Below, one piece after another: positions 9,303-18,496 of a DNA stretch of 64,000 bases (the first letter of the stretch is position 1; each line of letters opens with the position of its first letter). The stretch is from assembly GCA_963806535.1 (NCBI GenBank), contig CAWDYC010000009.1:11577-75576 (forward strand). Direction: 5' to 3'. The notes under the pieces were generated by a model. It did no database searches. It saw only the letters and a list, made by a program, of their open reading frames with translations, and was not told where the DNA came from. The stretch comes from Candidatus Bathyarchaeota archaeon. GTDB taxonomy: Archaea; Thermoproteota; Bathyarchaeia; Bathyarchaeales; Bathycorpusculaceae. A program made the position numbers and the translations under genes.

Positions 9303-9566
9303 ATGGATGAGGAGAGGCTAGTTGACATTAGCCAACGTAATTGTGATCATGGTACAGACCGATTGTACACTCAACGATGCTTTGACATCCTAAACGGTTT
9401 CGAGTTAACTTTTACCCGCTGCATTAACTGCCACAAAATTGTTAGCTTAGAAGCAAAAAAATTAGACAGTGGAATAGACTCCAGATTATTTTGCCTTATC
9501 TTTTTCATAAAGATAAAGTGGTCCCTCTTTCAGCAGATCCAGAGCACGCTGCGTTTGAGTTGTTGA
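9303..9566 (+). CDS. Small Cys/His-rich hypothetical protein
   Basis: ATG 9303 is preceded by GGAGAAAGGAGA. Contains CDHG...C...CINCHK. The 3' part overlaps the convergent gene, so the true end is uncertain. Confidence 0.3.
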   Translation: MDEERLVDISQRNCDHGTDRLYTQRCFDILNGFELTFTRCINCHKIVSLEAKKLDSGIDSRLFCLIFFIKIKWSLFQQIQSTLRLSC

Positions 9567-9902
9567 TAGCTTGCATGTTTTCGCATCGTTTAGAAACGGG
9601 AGTTTTTCAGGGGCATTTTGTAGGATGTGAAGGTCTTCCCATGTTACTTTGACGTCTTCATAGGGCATATTGTTTTCATCTACATCCATAACCCATGTGC
9701 CAGCGTCTAATTCGTCTCCTTCACTTAAAGTTGTAAATGGTCCCAGCAAAGTTTTATTGTCTGTGTTGTAGAGGAAAACAACTGTTCCTGCTTTGATTTC
9801 TTCTAAATGGGGGGATTCCTTGGCTGCGCAAGTGTAGCGTTTTTTGCTTAAGCATTGTTGCTGGGAAGCGTTATTACAAAAAAGTACATAACCGTCATAC
9901 AT
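9486..9902 (-). CDS. DCD-like (PUA-like fold) domain protein
   Basis: GYVLFCNNASQQQCLSKKRYTC...IKAGTVVFLYNTDNKTLLGPFTTLSEG follows the DCD-domain pattern (GxIFxCN..T..eC...fG...i..G..LFLyn...r.L.G.f.A.S.G). Confidence 0.5.
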   Translation of the reverse strand: MYDGYVLFCNNASQQQCLSKKRYTCAAKESPHLEEIKAGTVVFLYNTDNKTLLGPFTTLSEGDELDAGTWVMDVDENNMPYEDVKVTWEDLHILQNAPEKLPFLNDAKTCKLSTTQTQRALDLLKEGPLYLYEKDKAK

Positions 9903-10080
9903 AATTCAACAAAACCTTACTATAATTTTGAGTGTCTTGCCGCTTATTTTCTTTTTCTATAAAGTTCTCACTTTAACACGCTCGTGAAATCGCTCAGAAA
10001 TACTTGGTTCTTAATTGATCTTTACTCTAATAGAAAATTTTAATTGTTAAAGCATTATTATCTTTGCTAACTCGAATTAG

Positions 10081-11472
10081 GTGGAATGTGCTTTAAAGGC
10101 TCTTTCAATTGCAAAATTCGGCGGCAGCCTCTTAGATGTTGAAGGCAAAGGAATCCCAAAAATCATAAAAAGAATAAAAGAAATCAACCAAAAAGACGGC
10201 TTCGGCCCAATTGTTGTTTTTTCAGCCCCTGCAGGCTGCACTGACGCACTCATAAAGATAGGTGAGTCTTATGCACAAGCATGCTCGCTTCCTTTAGACC
10301 CAATTTTTGAAGTTTATGAGAGGCTAGCGAAGGCTTATGTCAAAGGCAAATGGCTCAAACCTGCTGAAGATGAGTTGGCTAATTACAAAGCTTTAACTTT
10401 GGCTACTCTTGAGTCAGTTAACAAGCGTTTTAGCGGCAACATTAAAGCAAGAATTCTTACTTTAGGCGGAGAACTCGCCATGTCCACTTTGGCAGATTAC
10501 ATTTTGAAGAGTAACGGTTTGGATTCTTGCAGTGTCTCGCTTGAAGATTGGCCAATTGTTACTGATGACAATTTTGAAGATGCCATGCCCAATTACGAGT
10601 TAAGCAAAAAAAGAATCCATACATTAATTGAGCCGCTTGAAGACGGCAAAATTGTTTGTTTAGCAGGCTTCTTAGGCGTCACAGCTGATGGGCTTGAAAC
10701 CATATTAGGCAGAGGCGGTTCAGATTTAACAGCGGTTTTCGTTTCCTGTCTCTTAAAAGATTTGTACAATACTGAAACTTTACTGTATAAAGATGTGCCA
10801 GTTCAAAGTGCTGACCCCAAAGTTGTGCGTGGCCAGAAAACTGAGCATGTTTTGGCGCTTACTTATAATGAGGCTCATAAGGCTTCAATGATGGGTATGA
10901 AAATTGTGCAGAGCCCAGCAATCGCCATGGCCAGGCGTTTCACGCAACCTTTGAGAATAGTGCCAATCGATGAGCCAAAAATGTATTCGGTAATTGAGGC
11001 AGAAACAAGCGGCGGAGAAATAGTGAAATGTTTAACAGGCAAATCTCGTTGCGCAATCTTATCAATGAATGACGAGAAAAGCCGTTCACTGGAAGATTCC
11101 CTTAGAATTTGGGAAAGAAGAAATGATTTTATGGATTTAGGCGCCGAAACCATGGAGACAGGCGAGCAGATTCGCGATTTCCTCTTCTTAGACTCAGATT
11201 TCTTAAAGAAAAACGAGGAAAAACTCAAGGGCTTTGACGAAAACATGAAAATAGAGTACGGTTTAGGAGTCGTTACCTTGATCGGCGACAGAATGAAAGA
11301 TTCTCCAGGTGTTGCTTCATTGGCCATCAGCGCAATCTCAGGCATTAACATTAAACGCGGTATTTTTGCGCCTCACACTTCACAAATAATACTTGTCGTT
11401 GAAGAAAAAAACATTAACGCCACAGTAGCAGCAATTCATCTAAAGAAACAGGAAATAAACAGTAAACAATAA
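10081..11472 (+). CDS. Aspartate kinase (amino-acid kinase fold plus C-terminal ACT domains)
   Basis: KFGGSLL, GRGGSDLTAVFV, YNEAHKASMMGMKIVQ, and a C-terminal ACT-like region ending in GLGVVTLIGDRM. Confidence 0.75.
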   Translation: MECALKALSIAKFGGSLLDVEGKGIPKIIKRIKEINQKDGFGPIVVFSAPAGCTDALIKIGESYAQACSLPLDPIFEVYERLAKAYVKGKWLKPAEDELANYKALTLATLESVNKRFSGNIKARILTLGGELAMSTLADYILKSNGLDSCSVSLEDWPIVTDDNFEDAMPNYELSKKRIHTLIEPLEDGKIVCLAGFLGVTADGLETILGRGGSDLTAVFVSCLLKDLYNTETLLYKDVPVQSADPKVVRGQKTEHVLALTYNEAHKASMMGMKIVQSPAIAMARRFTQPLRIVPIDEPKMYSVIEAETSGGEIVKCLTGKSRCAILSMNDEKSRSLEDSLRIWERRNDFMDLGAETMETGEQIRDFLFLDSDFLKKNEEKLKGFDENMKIEYGLGVVTLIGDRMKDSPGVASLAISAISGINIKRGIFAPHTSQIILVVEEKNINATVAAIHLKKQEINSKQ

Positions 11473-11711
11473 AATCGATCCTGCAAACCCCTAAATAGAG
11501 AGTAATAATCCAATATTTTGTTTTTGGCGACTAGAACGCTATCTACAGAATCAGCCGCCTCTTGGATTCTGAACTAATCTTTGCTTTGGCAGAAAAAGAA
11601 TATAATCCTAAAGGTTCATTGTAAGACTATCAAAGATTTTATTTAAATTAAGTGTGAATCAAATTTGTCGTTTGTGCAAGATATCTATCCCTAAAAAAGT
11701 CTTTTCTCTTT

Positions 11712-11990
11712 ATGATTGCAGGTTTGATAGTTTTCGCCATTTATCTGTACTTTTACATTGGAATATCTCAAATAACATTAGTTTTAAGCAAGATTAACTC
11801 ATCACAATATGCATTTTATTATTCAATTGCACTCTTAGCAGTTTTGGCTTCGGTATTTTTTTGGGCAGTAGCCTGGAACACGATCCTTAGAACTCTTTCA
11901 ATTCAGAGTTTCTTACAGACGTGCTTACCTGTATTATTGGGTCAGCTACTTTACAGATTTAGTTGTTCCATGCGCCACTGTATGCGGTGA
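11712..11990 (+). CDS. Flippase-like / lysylphosphatidylglycerol-synthase TM-region family (UPF0104), N-terminal fragment
   Basis: Hydrophobic N-terminus. The frame changes near 11907, after which the +1 frame reads VSYRRAYLYYWVSYFTDLVVPCATVCGELTRLYLVQKE. Confidence 0.55.
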   Translation: MIAGLIVFAIYLYFYIGISQITLVLSKINSSQYAFYYSIALLAVLASVFFWAVAWNTILRTLSIQSFLQTCLPVLLGQLLYRFSCSMRHCMR

Positions 11991-12126
11991 ATTAACAAGA
12001 TTATATCTTGTTCAAAAAGAAACAAAAGAAAACTACGGCGCTCTTGCATCTGCAGCTGTAACCAACCGTATAGTTGCATATACAGTAGTAACCGTCGGGT
12101 TATACGTTGGAGCAATAGTTGTATTT

Positions 12127-12798
12127 TTGAAGCCAAGTGTTTCACCAACCATAACAAATGTTTTCATATTTTTCTTGGTTGGAGTAACAATTTACATGGG
12201 AGTTCTTCTGTATTTAGCAACAGAAAAAAAAGCTGCAAAAAACATAACAGGACTTTATCTTATACTTCTAAAAACTTTTAGACCAAAACACGATCGCTTA
12301 AGCACAGTAGAAAAAACTAGAAAATCACTTGAAGATTTTTATAGTGGCTTCCAAGCTTTCCGTGAAAAACCAAGATTACTTTTAAAACCTTTCTTCTTTC
12401 ACTCAATATCATACATCCTTGGATTATCAGTTTATATCCTGATTTTTTATGCACTAGGAATACCTTCTTCAAATCCAGAATTCTACATCGTTGTTTTCTT
12501 CATAGCCGTCGCAGTTCAAGATGCTACGGCAAGCTTCTCAGTTGGTTCACTTGAAATTCTTTTAGCCACAATCTTCTTGCTCTACGGAATTAACCCCGGA
12601 ATAAGCGGAATCGCTGCTGTAGTTTTGAGAAGTGCAGGTTTCTGGTTTCCATTGTTTGTAGGTTTTATTTGTGTACAAATTGTTGGAGCTAAAAACTTGC
12701 TTGCTGCCAAACCTGAAGACATAGAAAGAAGTCTAAAGCGCAACAGCGATAAAGTACTAAAAACTGAGAGAAGAGAGAATGGAAAGAAGGACAGTTGA
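12127..12798 (+). CDS. Flippase-like UPF0104 family, C-terminal fragment
   Basis: Same frame as the 11908-12126 continuation. Multi-TM with a basic C-terminal tail. Confidence 0.55.
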   Translation: MKPSVSPTITNVFIFFLVGVTIYMGVLLYLATEKKAAKNITGLYLILLKTFRPKHDRLSTVEKTRKSLEDFYSGFQAFREKPRLLLKPFFFHSISYILGLSVYILIFYALGIPSSNPEFYIVVFFIAVAVQDATASFSVGSLEILLATIFLLYGINPGISGIAAVVLRSAGFWFPLFVGFICVQIVGAKNLLAAKPEDIERSLKRNSDKVLKTERRENGKKDS

Positions 12799-12873
12799 AG
12801 AATAACGTTTTCTAATGGTGGAAATTTCAAATGATCATTTTGACTATTTTGCTTAAGGATTTAAAGGCTGTTT

Positions 12874-13368
12874 TTAATCAGTAGACTGTTTTTTATATTT
12901 ACGACGGGAGAAAAAGATGATCAGAATGCTTCCGAAAACTACTATAATAATGAATATAGGCAGATACATAAGGGGTATTCCTTCCGAGTTGCTACCACCT
13001 GAAATGTCTGGATTTGTCACATAAGAGAAGGTCACTTGAACTGAACTAGGCAAGTCATTCTCAAAATTTAACGTGTAGTTCCCAGTCTGCTGCGCAATAA
13101 AACTGAAAGAGGCAGTTTTATCGACTAAACCCAAGTTGACAATTACAGTTCCATTCGGTGAGCTTGCAAAAAAGCGAACTGGCCCAGATGTTGAAATTGA
13201 CCCATTAAATTGAGTTCCTGTAGGCAGCGAATAATGTAGTTGCGTTGAGGATTGCGAAAGAGTGAAAGTTGGAAAGGTGGCCGTTGAGGCGTGTACTGAA
13301 AGAATCATTAATGATGCTAAAATGAGAACTCCCAGTGCGAGAGACGTGAGCAATTTGGTTTTTTTCAT
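12874..13368 (-). CDS. Type-I membrane protein: signal peptide, beta-rich ectodomain (GOLD/p24-like pattern), C-terminal TM and basic tail
   Basis: MKKTKLLTSLALGVLILASLMILSVHAS signal; SFSFIAQQTGNYTLNFENDLPSSVQVTFSY; TM segment; tail FFSRRKYKKQSTD. Confidence 0.6.
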   Translation of the reverse strand: MKKTKLLTSLALGVLILASLMILSVHASTATFPTFTLSQSSTQLHYSLPTGTQFNGSISTSGPVRFFASSPNGTVIVNLGLVDKTASFSFIAQQTGNYTLNFENDLPSSVQVTFSYVTNPDISGGSNSEGIPLMYLPIFIIIVVFGSILIIFFSRRKYKKQSTD

Positions 13369-13448
13369 GTGCCTGACTCAACAGATGCTTAGAGAAGTCA
13401 TAAGCGCTCTTAATAACAGTCACGTTGAAAAAGAGAAAAAAATTAAAT

Positions 13449-13961
13449 CTAGAATTGTGCAGCCGCTACCATGAATACTTCTGTCAACAATAAGAGCGTC
13501 ACGGCTAAAGGAGGAATAATTGACAAACGTTTCTGTAATAGTTTTAATTCTACTGGTGGAGGCTGTTGGGGGTTTTGCTGCATTTTCCTTATGACATGCT
13601 CTAATTTCCTAGCGGTTGGAGTGAGCAAAAGAAAAACAACTAGGAACGCGGTAATTCCAATCGCAGCTCCAATAACTATACATATCGACCAAGGCGAAAC
13701 AAGATTAAACTGATTTGGCGGACCATCATTCATTGTGAAAGCCAAAAGTGGCCCAAAAGTAAGGGTTAAAGCTGAAAGTATTTGAACCGACCTGGCAAAC
13801 CTTGGAAGCACTTTTAGAAAGAATTCTCCGCTTGCTTGAGGCGAAAATTTGGCTAGGGTAGGCTTGACTGTGATAAGGAATGTGAGCGCTGCCCCAGACC
13901 ATCCGATTACGGAGAAAATATGAAACCAAGTTAAGATACCCACAATTATTTGGTCAACCAT
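13449..13961 (-). CDS. Hypothetical integral membrane protein (4 TM)
   Basis: 170-aa ORF with hydrophobic helices and a Q/P-rich loop. Confidence 0.55.
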   Translation of the reverse strand: MVDQIIVGILTWFHIFSVIGWSGAALTFLITVKPTLAKFSPQASGEFFLKVLPRFARSVQILSALTLTFGPLLAFTMNDGPPNQFNLVSPWSICIVIGAAIGITAFLVVFLLLTPTARKLEHVIRKMQQNPQQPPPVELKLLQKRLSIIPPLAVTLLLLTEVFMVAAAQF

Positions 13962-14160
13962 TTTCCAAAAAAACCTCGATTATATTTGATTTAAGGAGTG
14001 CTATATTTCTTTCTAATATCAAACATAGATAATAATTCAAGGATAATGCAGCGGTTAAAGCGCTTAAGTGGTGAATCAATTTAGATTTAGAACAGGATTA
14101 AAAAGAATAAACGCTTGTTAACCTGTGTAATAGTATTCAAAAAGAAAAAAAGGGTTTAGT

Positions 14161-14718
14161 TTATTGCTGTGGTGGCGAGGGCATCTGAGACTGCGGTGAC
14201 GTTGGGTTTGTGGGTATTTGGAAGAATGCTACAAGTATTAGTATCCAAGCGATGAAGATCAAGAACAAACCAACTAAGATTATTGTAAGAACTGCACCGA
14301 TGAGCAACAACAGTCCTCCAGTTCTGAACAGTCCGACTCCGGATTTGTTTGCTAGGGAATCAAATGCTTTTCGGATAAAGATAGCTTCAAGTATATAGAA
14401 TATGAAAGCTACGATAAGAAATATGATAAGCCCTGCAAAAAATCCCGCTATGCCTGTTCCTCCTCCAAAAGCTGCGCTAGCAAAAATCCCGCCGAAAAAC
14501 AGCGACGCAAGAGCCAACCCCGAACCGACTATTCCTATGATTCCAAATATTACTGCGTAGAGAGTGTTTTTCCAGATGCTTGGATCATTATAAGCCTTCG
14601 ACAAATTATTCATGCCTATTAGGACGAGTATTATGCCAACAATGCTCAAAAATGGAACCGGAATTACCAAAAATATTGAACCTATGCCGCCCAAATTTTT
14701 TCCTGACTCTACAGACAT
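14161..14718 (-). CDS. DUF996-like archaeal membrane protein
   Basis: MSVESGKNLGGIGSIFLVIP...NNLSKAYNDPSIWKN resembles DUF996. I prefer ATG 14718 over the track GTG 14751. Confidence 0.55.
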   Translation of the reverse strand: MSVESGKNLGGIGSIFLVIPVPFLSIVGIILVLIGMNNLSKAYNDPSIWKNTLYAVIFGIIGIVGSGLALASLFFGGIFASAAFGGGTGIAGFFAGLIIFLIVAFIFYILEAIFIRKAFDSLANKSGVGLFRTGGLLLLIGAVLTIILVGLFLIFIAWILILVAFFQIPTNPTSPQSQMPSPPQQ

Positions 14719-15169
14719 TTCAAAACCTCTACAATTTATTTTGTTTTGCACAGAATAAAAGCTTTACCACTGCGCAACATAGTGATCAAAAATATTGCAC
14801 AATCTAAATGCGCTTTTTGAGTCAGACTAGTGTGTTAGTGTTTATCATGTAAAAATAACTCTTAAAATATGAGCGAAAAGGGAGAATTCATTAAAGTGTT
14901 GAAAGATCGTCCTCAAGTTGAACACGAACACACTGCGTGAAAAGTTGGGACCAGCGGGGTCTAAACATTAATTGGTTAAAACCATAAGTTTTTTATCAAA
15001 AAAGCAGACCATTTGAAAAGTCACTTTTTGCAATGTAGTGCAAGGGTGAGTTTACTTTTACAAATTTTTTTCTCACCATTAGTCAACTCTAATTCTTTAA
15101 AGATTACACAAAATTTTTGCTTAAGAATAATAATTTATATTATTATGAGATATTACCTTAGCGATAAGA

Positions 15170-16354
15170 ATGAATATCGATCAGAAAAAGATTGCAACCA
15201 TACATGACTTCTATTTAGACTTTGATTTCATGTCCGATCGACTCAGAAGTCTTAAAGAAAAGTTTCCTTCAGGCTTAATTATACCAATTCTTGGAAGTGA
15301 TATTGAAAGTCCAGGCTTAAAGAAGATTGTTAATGAAATAAATCAATGCGATTATCTGAGTAAGGTTTTTGTTGCTCTTTCATCCACGGGACCCAGTGAT
15401 TATGAAGAAGCTTTGAGGTTAAGTCGGTCTTTCAAGGTTCCGTGCGAAGTGGTTTGGTGCAACAAACCTGAAGTGATAACTGTTTTGGAAGAACTTAAAA
15501 GAAAAGGTCTTGATGTTACTCAGTTATCTGGGAAAGGCAAAGACGTGTGGATAGCAATGGGTATAGCCTCACTTGATCTTTTTGCTTTTGCTGTACACGA
15601 TGCCGACATTGTATCCTACACCAAAATGCTGCCCACGAAGCTGCTATACCCCATTATTGAACCTAAGCTTGACTTTTTCTTTTCCAAAGGATATTATGCG
15701 CGTATTGATGAAACTAGAAAAAAGTTGTATGGTCGAATTCATAGGTTATTTATCAATCCTTTACTAGAGGTTCTCCAGGAGAAACTTCGTTATTCAAGAT
15801 TTCTAATATATTTGCAGTCCTTTAGTTATCCGCTTGCAGGTGAAATGGCGCTCTACAGCGACTTAGCTACGCATCTTAGAGTGCCCAGTGATTGGGGGCT
15901 TGAACTGGGATTGCTGTCTGAGGTTTATAGGAATGCTTCTTACGGGCGCATCTGCCAAATTGACCTTGGATTCTATGATCATAGGCATAAGCAGATTGAA
16001 GCCAACGAATTAATGACAACCGCTGAAGATAGTTTCGTAACTTTATTGAGAACTTTAACTGAAACCGAAAACATAGATGTCTCTGAACCTTTTCTCACCA
16101 GTCTTTATGTGGCTTATAGGCGGTTGGCGCAGGATAAAATAAGGCAGTATCATGCCGATGCTACATGCAATAATCTTGATTTTGATAGGCATGAAGAAGA
16201 GGCTACTGTAGACGCATTGTCTTCAGTTATTATTTCAGGTGGAAAAAAATATTTGGCTAATCCAGTAAAAGCTCAATTGCCAGATTGGTTAAGAACTATG
16301 GCAGCTATGCCTGATATCCGAGAAAGACTCAGGGAAGAAGCCATTGAAACCTGA
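15170..16354 (+). CDS. Glucosyl-3-phosphoglycerate synthase-like retaining glycosyltransferase (GpgS/GT81-like)
   Basis: SGKGKDVWIAMGIA, FAVHDADIVSY (DxD), KGYYARI...LYGRIHRLFINPLL, and YPLAGEMALYSDL...DWGLELGLLSEV match the GpgS pattern. Confidence 0.6.
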   Translation: MNIDQKKIATIHDFYLDFDFMSDRLRSLKEKFPSGLIIPILGSDIESPGLKKIVNEINQCDYLSKVFVALSSTGPSDYEEALRLSRSFKVPCEVVWCNKPEVITVLEELKRKGLDVTQLSGKGKDVWIAMGIASLDLFAFAVHDADIVSYTKMLPTKLLYPIIEPKLDFFFSKGYYARIDETRKKLYGRIHRLFINPLLEVLQEKLRYSRFLIYLQSFSYPLAGEMALYSDLATHLRVPSDWGLELGLLSEVYRNASYGRICQIDLGFYDHRHKQIEANELMTTAEDSFVTLLRTLTETENIDVSEPFLTSLYVAYRRLAQDKIRQYHADATCNNLDFDRHEEEATVDALSSVIISGGKKYLANPVKAQLPDWLRTMAAMPDIRERLREEAIET

Positions 16355-17105
16355 AGGTACAAAGATTATTGTTTTCGCAGACCTTGATGGAAGTCTCTTA
16401 AACGATAAGTATGAATATGATCAAATAGAACCAATTATTCATCAGCTTCTATCTTTAAATGTCTCCATTGTTTTTGCCAGCAGTAAAACAAGAAATGAAA
16501 TTGATTTTTACAGAAACAAATGGCAGATAACTGATCCATTTATCATTGAAAATGGTTCAGCAATCCTGATACCTGAGAATTATTTTGGGATACATTATGA
16601 ATTTACAAGGCGGGTGCAAGGCTACAATATAATTGAACTTGGTACTCCTTACCGTATTATCCGTGAAAAACTAGATATTGTGAGAAATCGTACAGGCGCT
16701 AATATTGTAGGGTTTGGAGATATGACTGCGGAAGAGATTGCAAAAGACAGCGGGTTGCCCCTTTATTTGGCGCAACTTGCTAAAAAAAGAGAATATAGTG
16801 AACCATTCAAAATTTTAGATGGAAATGAGAAAGAGGTTTTAGACGCAATTAGCGATGAGGGTCTTTGCTATACCAGGGGTGGAAGATATCTGCATGCTCT
16901 GGGAAATTGTGATAAAGGAAAAGCAACGTCAATTTTAAAAAACCTGTATTTGCAGCAGTTTAAAAGAATCTTCAGTATCGGCGTTGGAGATAGCGCTAAT
17001 GATTTAACTATGCTAAAAATTGTTGATAAGCCCTTTTTTGTAAATAAAACAGCTGATAAAAAAGCCATTTGGAAAGAAATCGAGTCGATTGCACGAGCTC
17101 AATAG
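16344..17105 (+). CDS. Mannosyl/glucosyl-3-phosphoglycerate phosphatase (HAD-IIB, MpgP/YedP family)
   Basis: IVFADLDGSLL, ASSKTRNE, and GVGDSANDLTMLK. The start overlaps the upstream stop, which suggests translational coupling. Confidence 0.7.
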   Translation: MKPEGTKIIVFADLDGSLLNDKYEYDQIEPIIHQLLSLNVSIVFASSKTRNEIDFYRNKWQITDPFIIENGSAILIPENYFGIHYEFTRRVQGYNIIELGTPYRIIREKLDIVRNRTGANIVGFGDMTAEEIAKDSGLPLYLAQLAKKREYSEPFKILDGNEKEVLDAISDEGLCYTRGGRYLHALGNCDKGKATSILKNLYLQQFKRIFSIGVGDSANDLTMLKIVDKPFFVNKTADKKAIWKEIESIARAQ

Positions 17106-17120
17106 AAGACCTTGAAATCA

Positions 17121-17393
17121 TTAGTATTTGTCAATCAAGTAGTGCTTGAGTTTTTCAAAGGTTTTTGCTTCTTCAACTACTCTTGCTTCAGACTCTTCCT
17201 CAGACTCTGTCCAAGTTTCTTTTAGGAAAGCAGCAATCCTACCAATCCAAAGCACCCTTAAAGCATCTATTAATTTCTCTCTGCCATAAACAGGGTTTTT
17301 ATGGAATTCTGCGATGAATGAATAGACCGTTTTTGCCCAGATTTCCGAAGGAAAATCAATGTTTGATGTTTCTATTTGTCTGAAGTTGTTCAA
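17121..17393 (-). CDS. C-terminal fragment of the upstream GT-A glycosyltransferase
   Basis: Follows 17408..18358 after two frame changes. The intermediate frame reads IYKSFLEPEILNKFEQLQ at about 17395-17440. Confidence 0.45.
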   Translation of the reverse strand: MNNFRQIETSNIDFPSEIWAKTVYSFIAEFHKNPVYGREKLIDALRVLWIGRIAAFLKETWTESEEESEARVVEEAKTFEKLKHYLIDKY

Positions 17394-17407
17394 ATTTATT
17401 TAGGATT

Positions 17408-18358
17408 TCAGGTTCTAGAAATGATTTGTAAATGTCGTATGTAGCTGTCATAGTTGTTTTTGAATGCTTCAATCGTGGCGGGTAGGGAAACTTGAATTTG
17501 TTCAGGTGTACTGTTGCTTTTTACATCGCCGAATAATTCTGTGTTGGAAACGCCATCTATTGCTTTCCAAACTGACTCATAGCATTCTATGGAAGTAAAC
17601 ATGATGTTGATGACTTGACGAAACATAGAAGCCAGTTGACTGGAAGGGTCTTTGGCATCATGATTTTTTACTCCCAAAAGAGCTTGCTTTACTTTGTATC
17701 CTTTTGCAAGTGCGGTATAGGTTTCAAAGATGTCGATGCCGAAACGGCAAACGTCTGGAAGCTCCCACATGGAGGAATCCAAAAGGTCTTCTACCAATTC
17801 GATAGAAAGACCAAAATCTCCTCCTATGGGTTGTCTGATGTCTTTGCCGAAAAGGCTTTTTGTTACTGGATAACATAAAAAGTTGGTTATTGTTCCGTCA
17901 TATTTGCGTCGGTTGTAGTAGGGTGCTACAAAACCTGTTCCTGCCATTGTCGGGGCAATTAATAGTTGCATCCATTCTGGAGTTATGCTGCGTAAATCTG
18001 AATCTACTAGGGCAACACTTTTCACTTTCAACTGGGTTGCTGCCTCAAAAATAGCCCTAACAGCCCTTCCTTTCCCCGATATTCCCATGTAAATGGCTGG
18101 AATTAGCTTCACCTCGGAAGGCAAATATAGTTTCTTGACTGAGGTCAAAGTTTCATCCTTTGAGTTTCCATCTGACACAAAGATTACAGACTTAAAATTG
18201 GGAAAATAAGTGTCTAAACCCTTGGTAACTTGAGAAATAACATAACTTGCTGTCAGCACATTATTGAAAGACGGAATTCCTACCAAGATATCTGCTTTTT
18301 CTATGTCGTGTAGATACACTTTGGCATCCAACGATAATGCGGAATCTTCTTTATTCAT
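17408..18358 (-). CDS. GT-A fold (family 2-like) glycosyltransferase
   Basis: ILVGIPSFNN, VSDGNSKDET, ISGKGRAVRA, and ALVDSDLRS (DxD). ATG 18358 is preceded by GGTGG and preferred over 18382. Confidence 0.65.
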   Translation of the reverse strand: MNKEDSALSLDAKVYLHDIEKADILVGIPSFNNVLTASYVISQVTKGLDTYFPNFKSVIFVSDGNSKDETLTSVKKLYLPSEVKLIPAIYMGISGKGRAVRAIFEAATQLKVKSVALVDSDLRSITPEWMQLLIAPTMAGTGFVAPYYNRRKYDGTITNFLCYPVTKSLFGKDIRQPIGGDFGLSIELVEDLLDSSMWELPDVCRFGIDIFETYTALAKGYKVKQALLGVKNHDAKDPSSQLASMFRQVINIMFTSIECYESVWKAIDGVSNTELFGDVKSNSTPEQIQVSLPATIEAFKNNYDSYIRHLQIISRT

Positions 18359-18496
18359 ACTTGTTCCACCTGCATTATGCATGCATTCTAAAATAGCATT
18401 CGCTTACAATTCCTATCTTAATACTTTAGATTCTTCAAAAAATAATAGAAATTTCCAAAAAAAACGTTTAAAGTAACCGACGTTCTAGAGTTAAAT

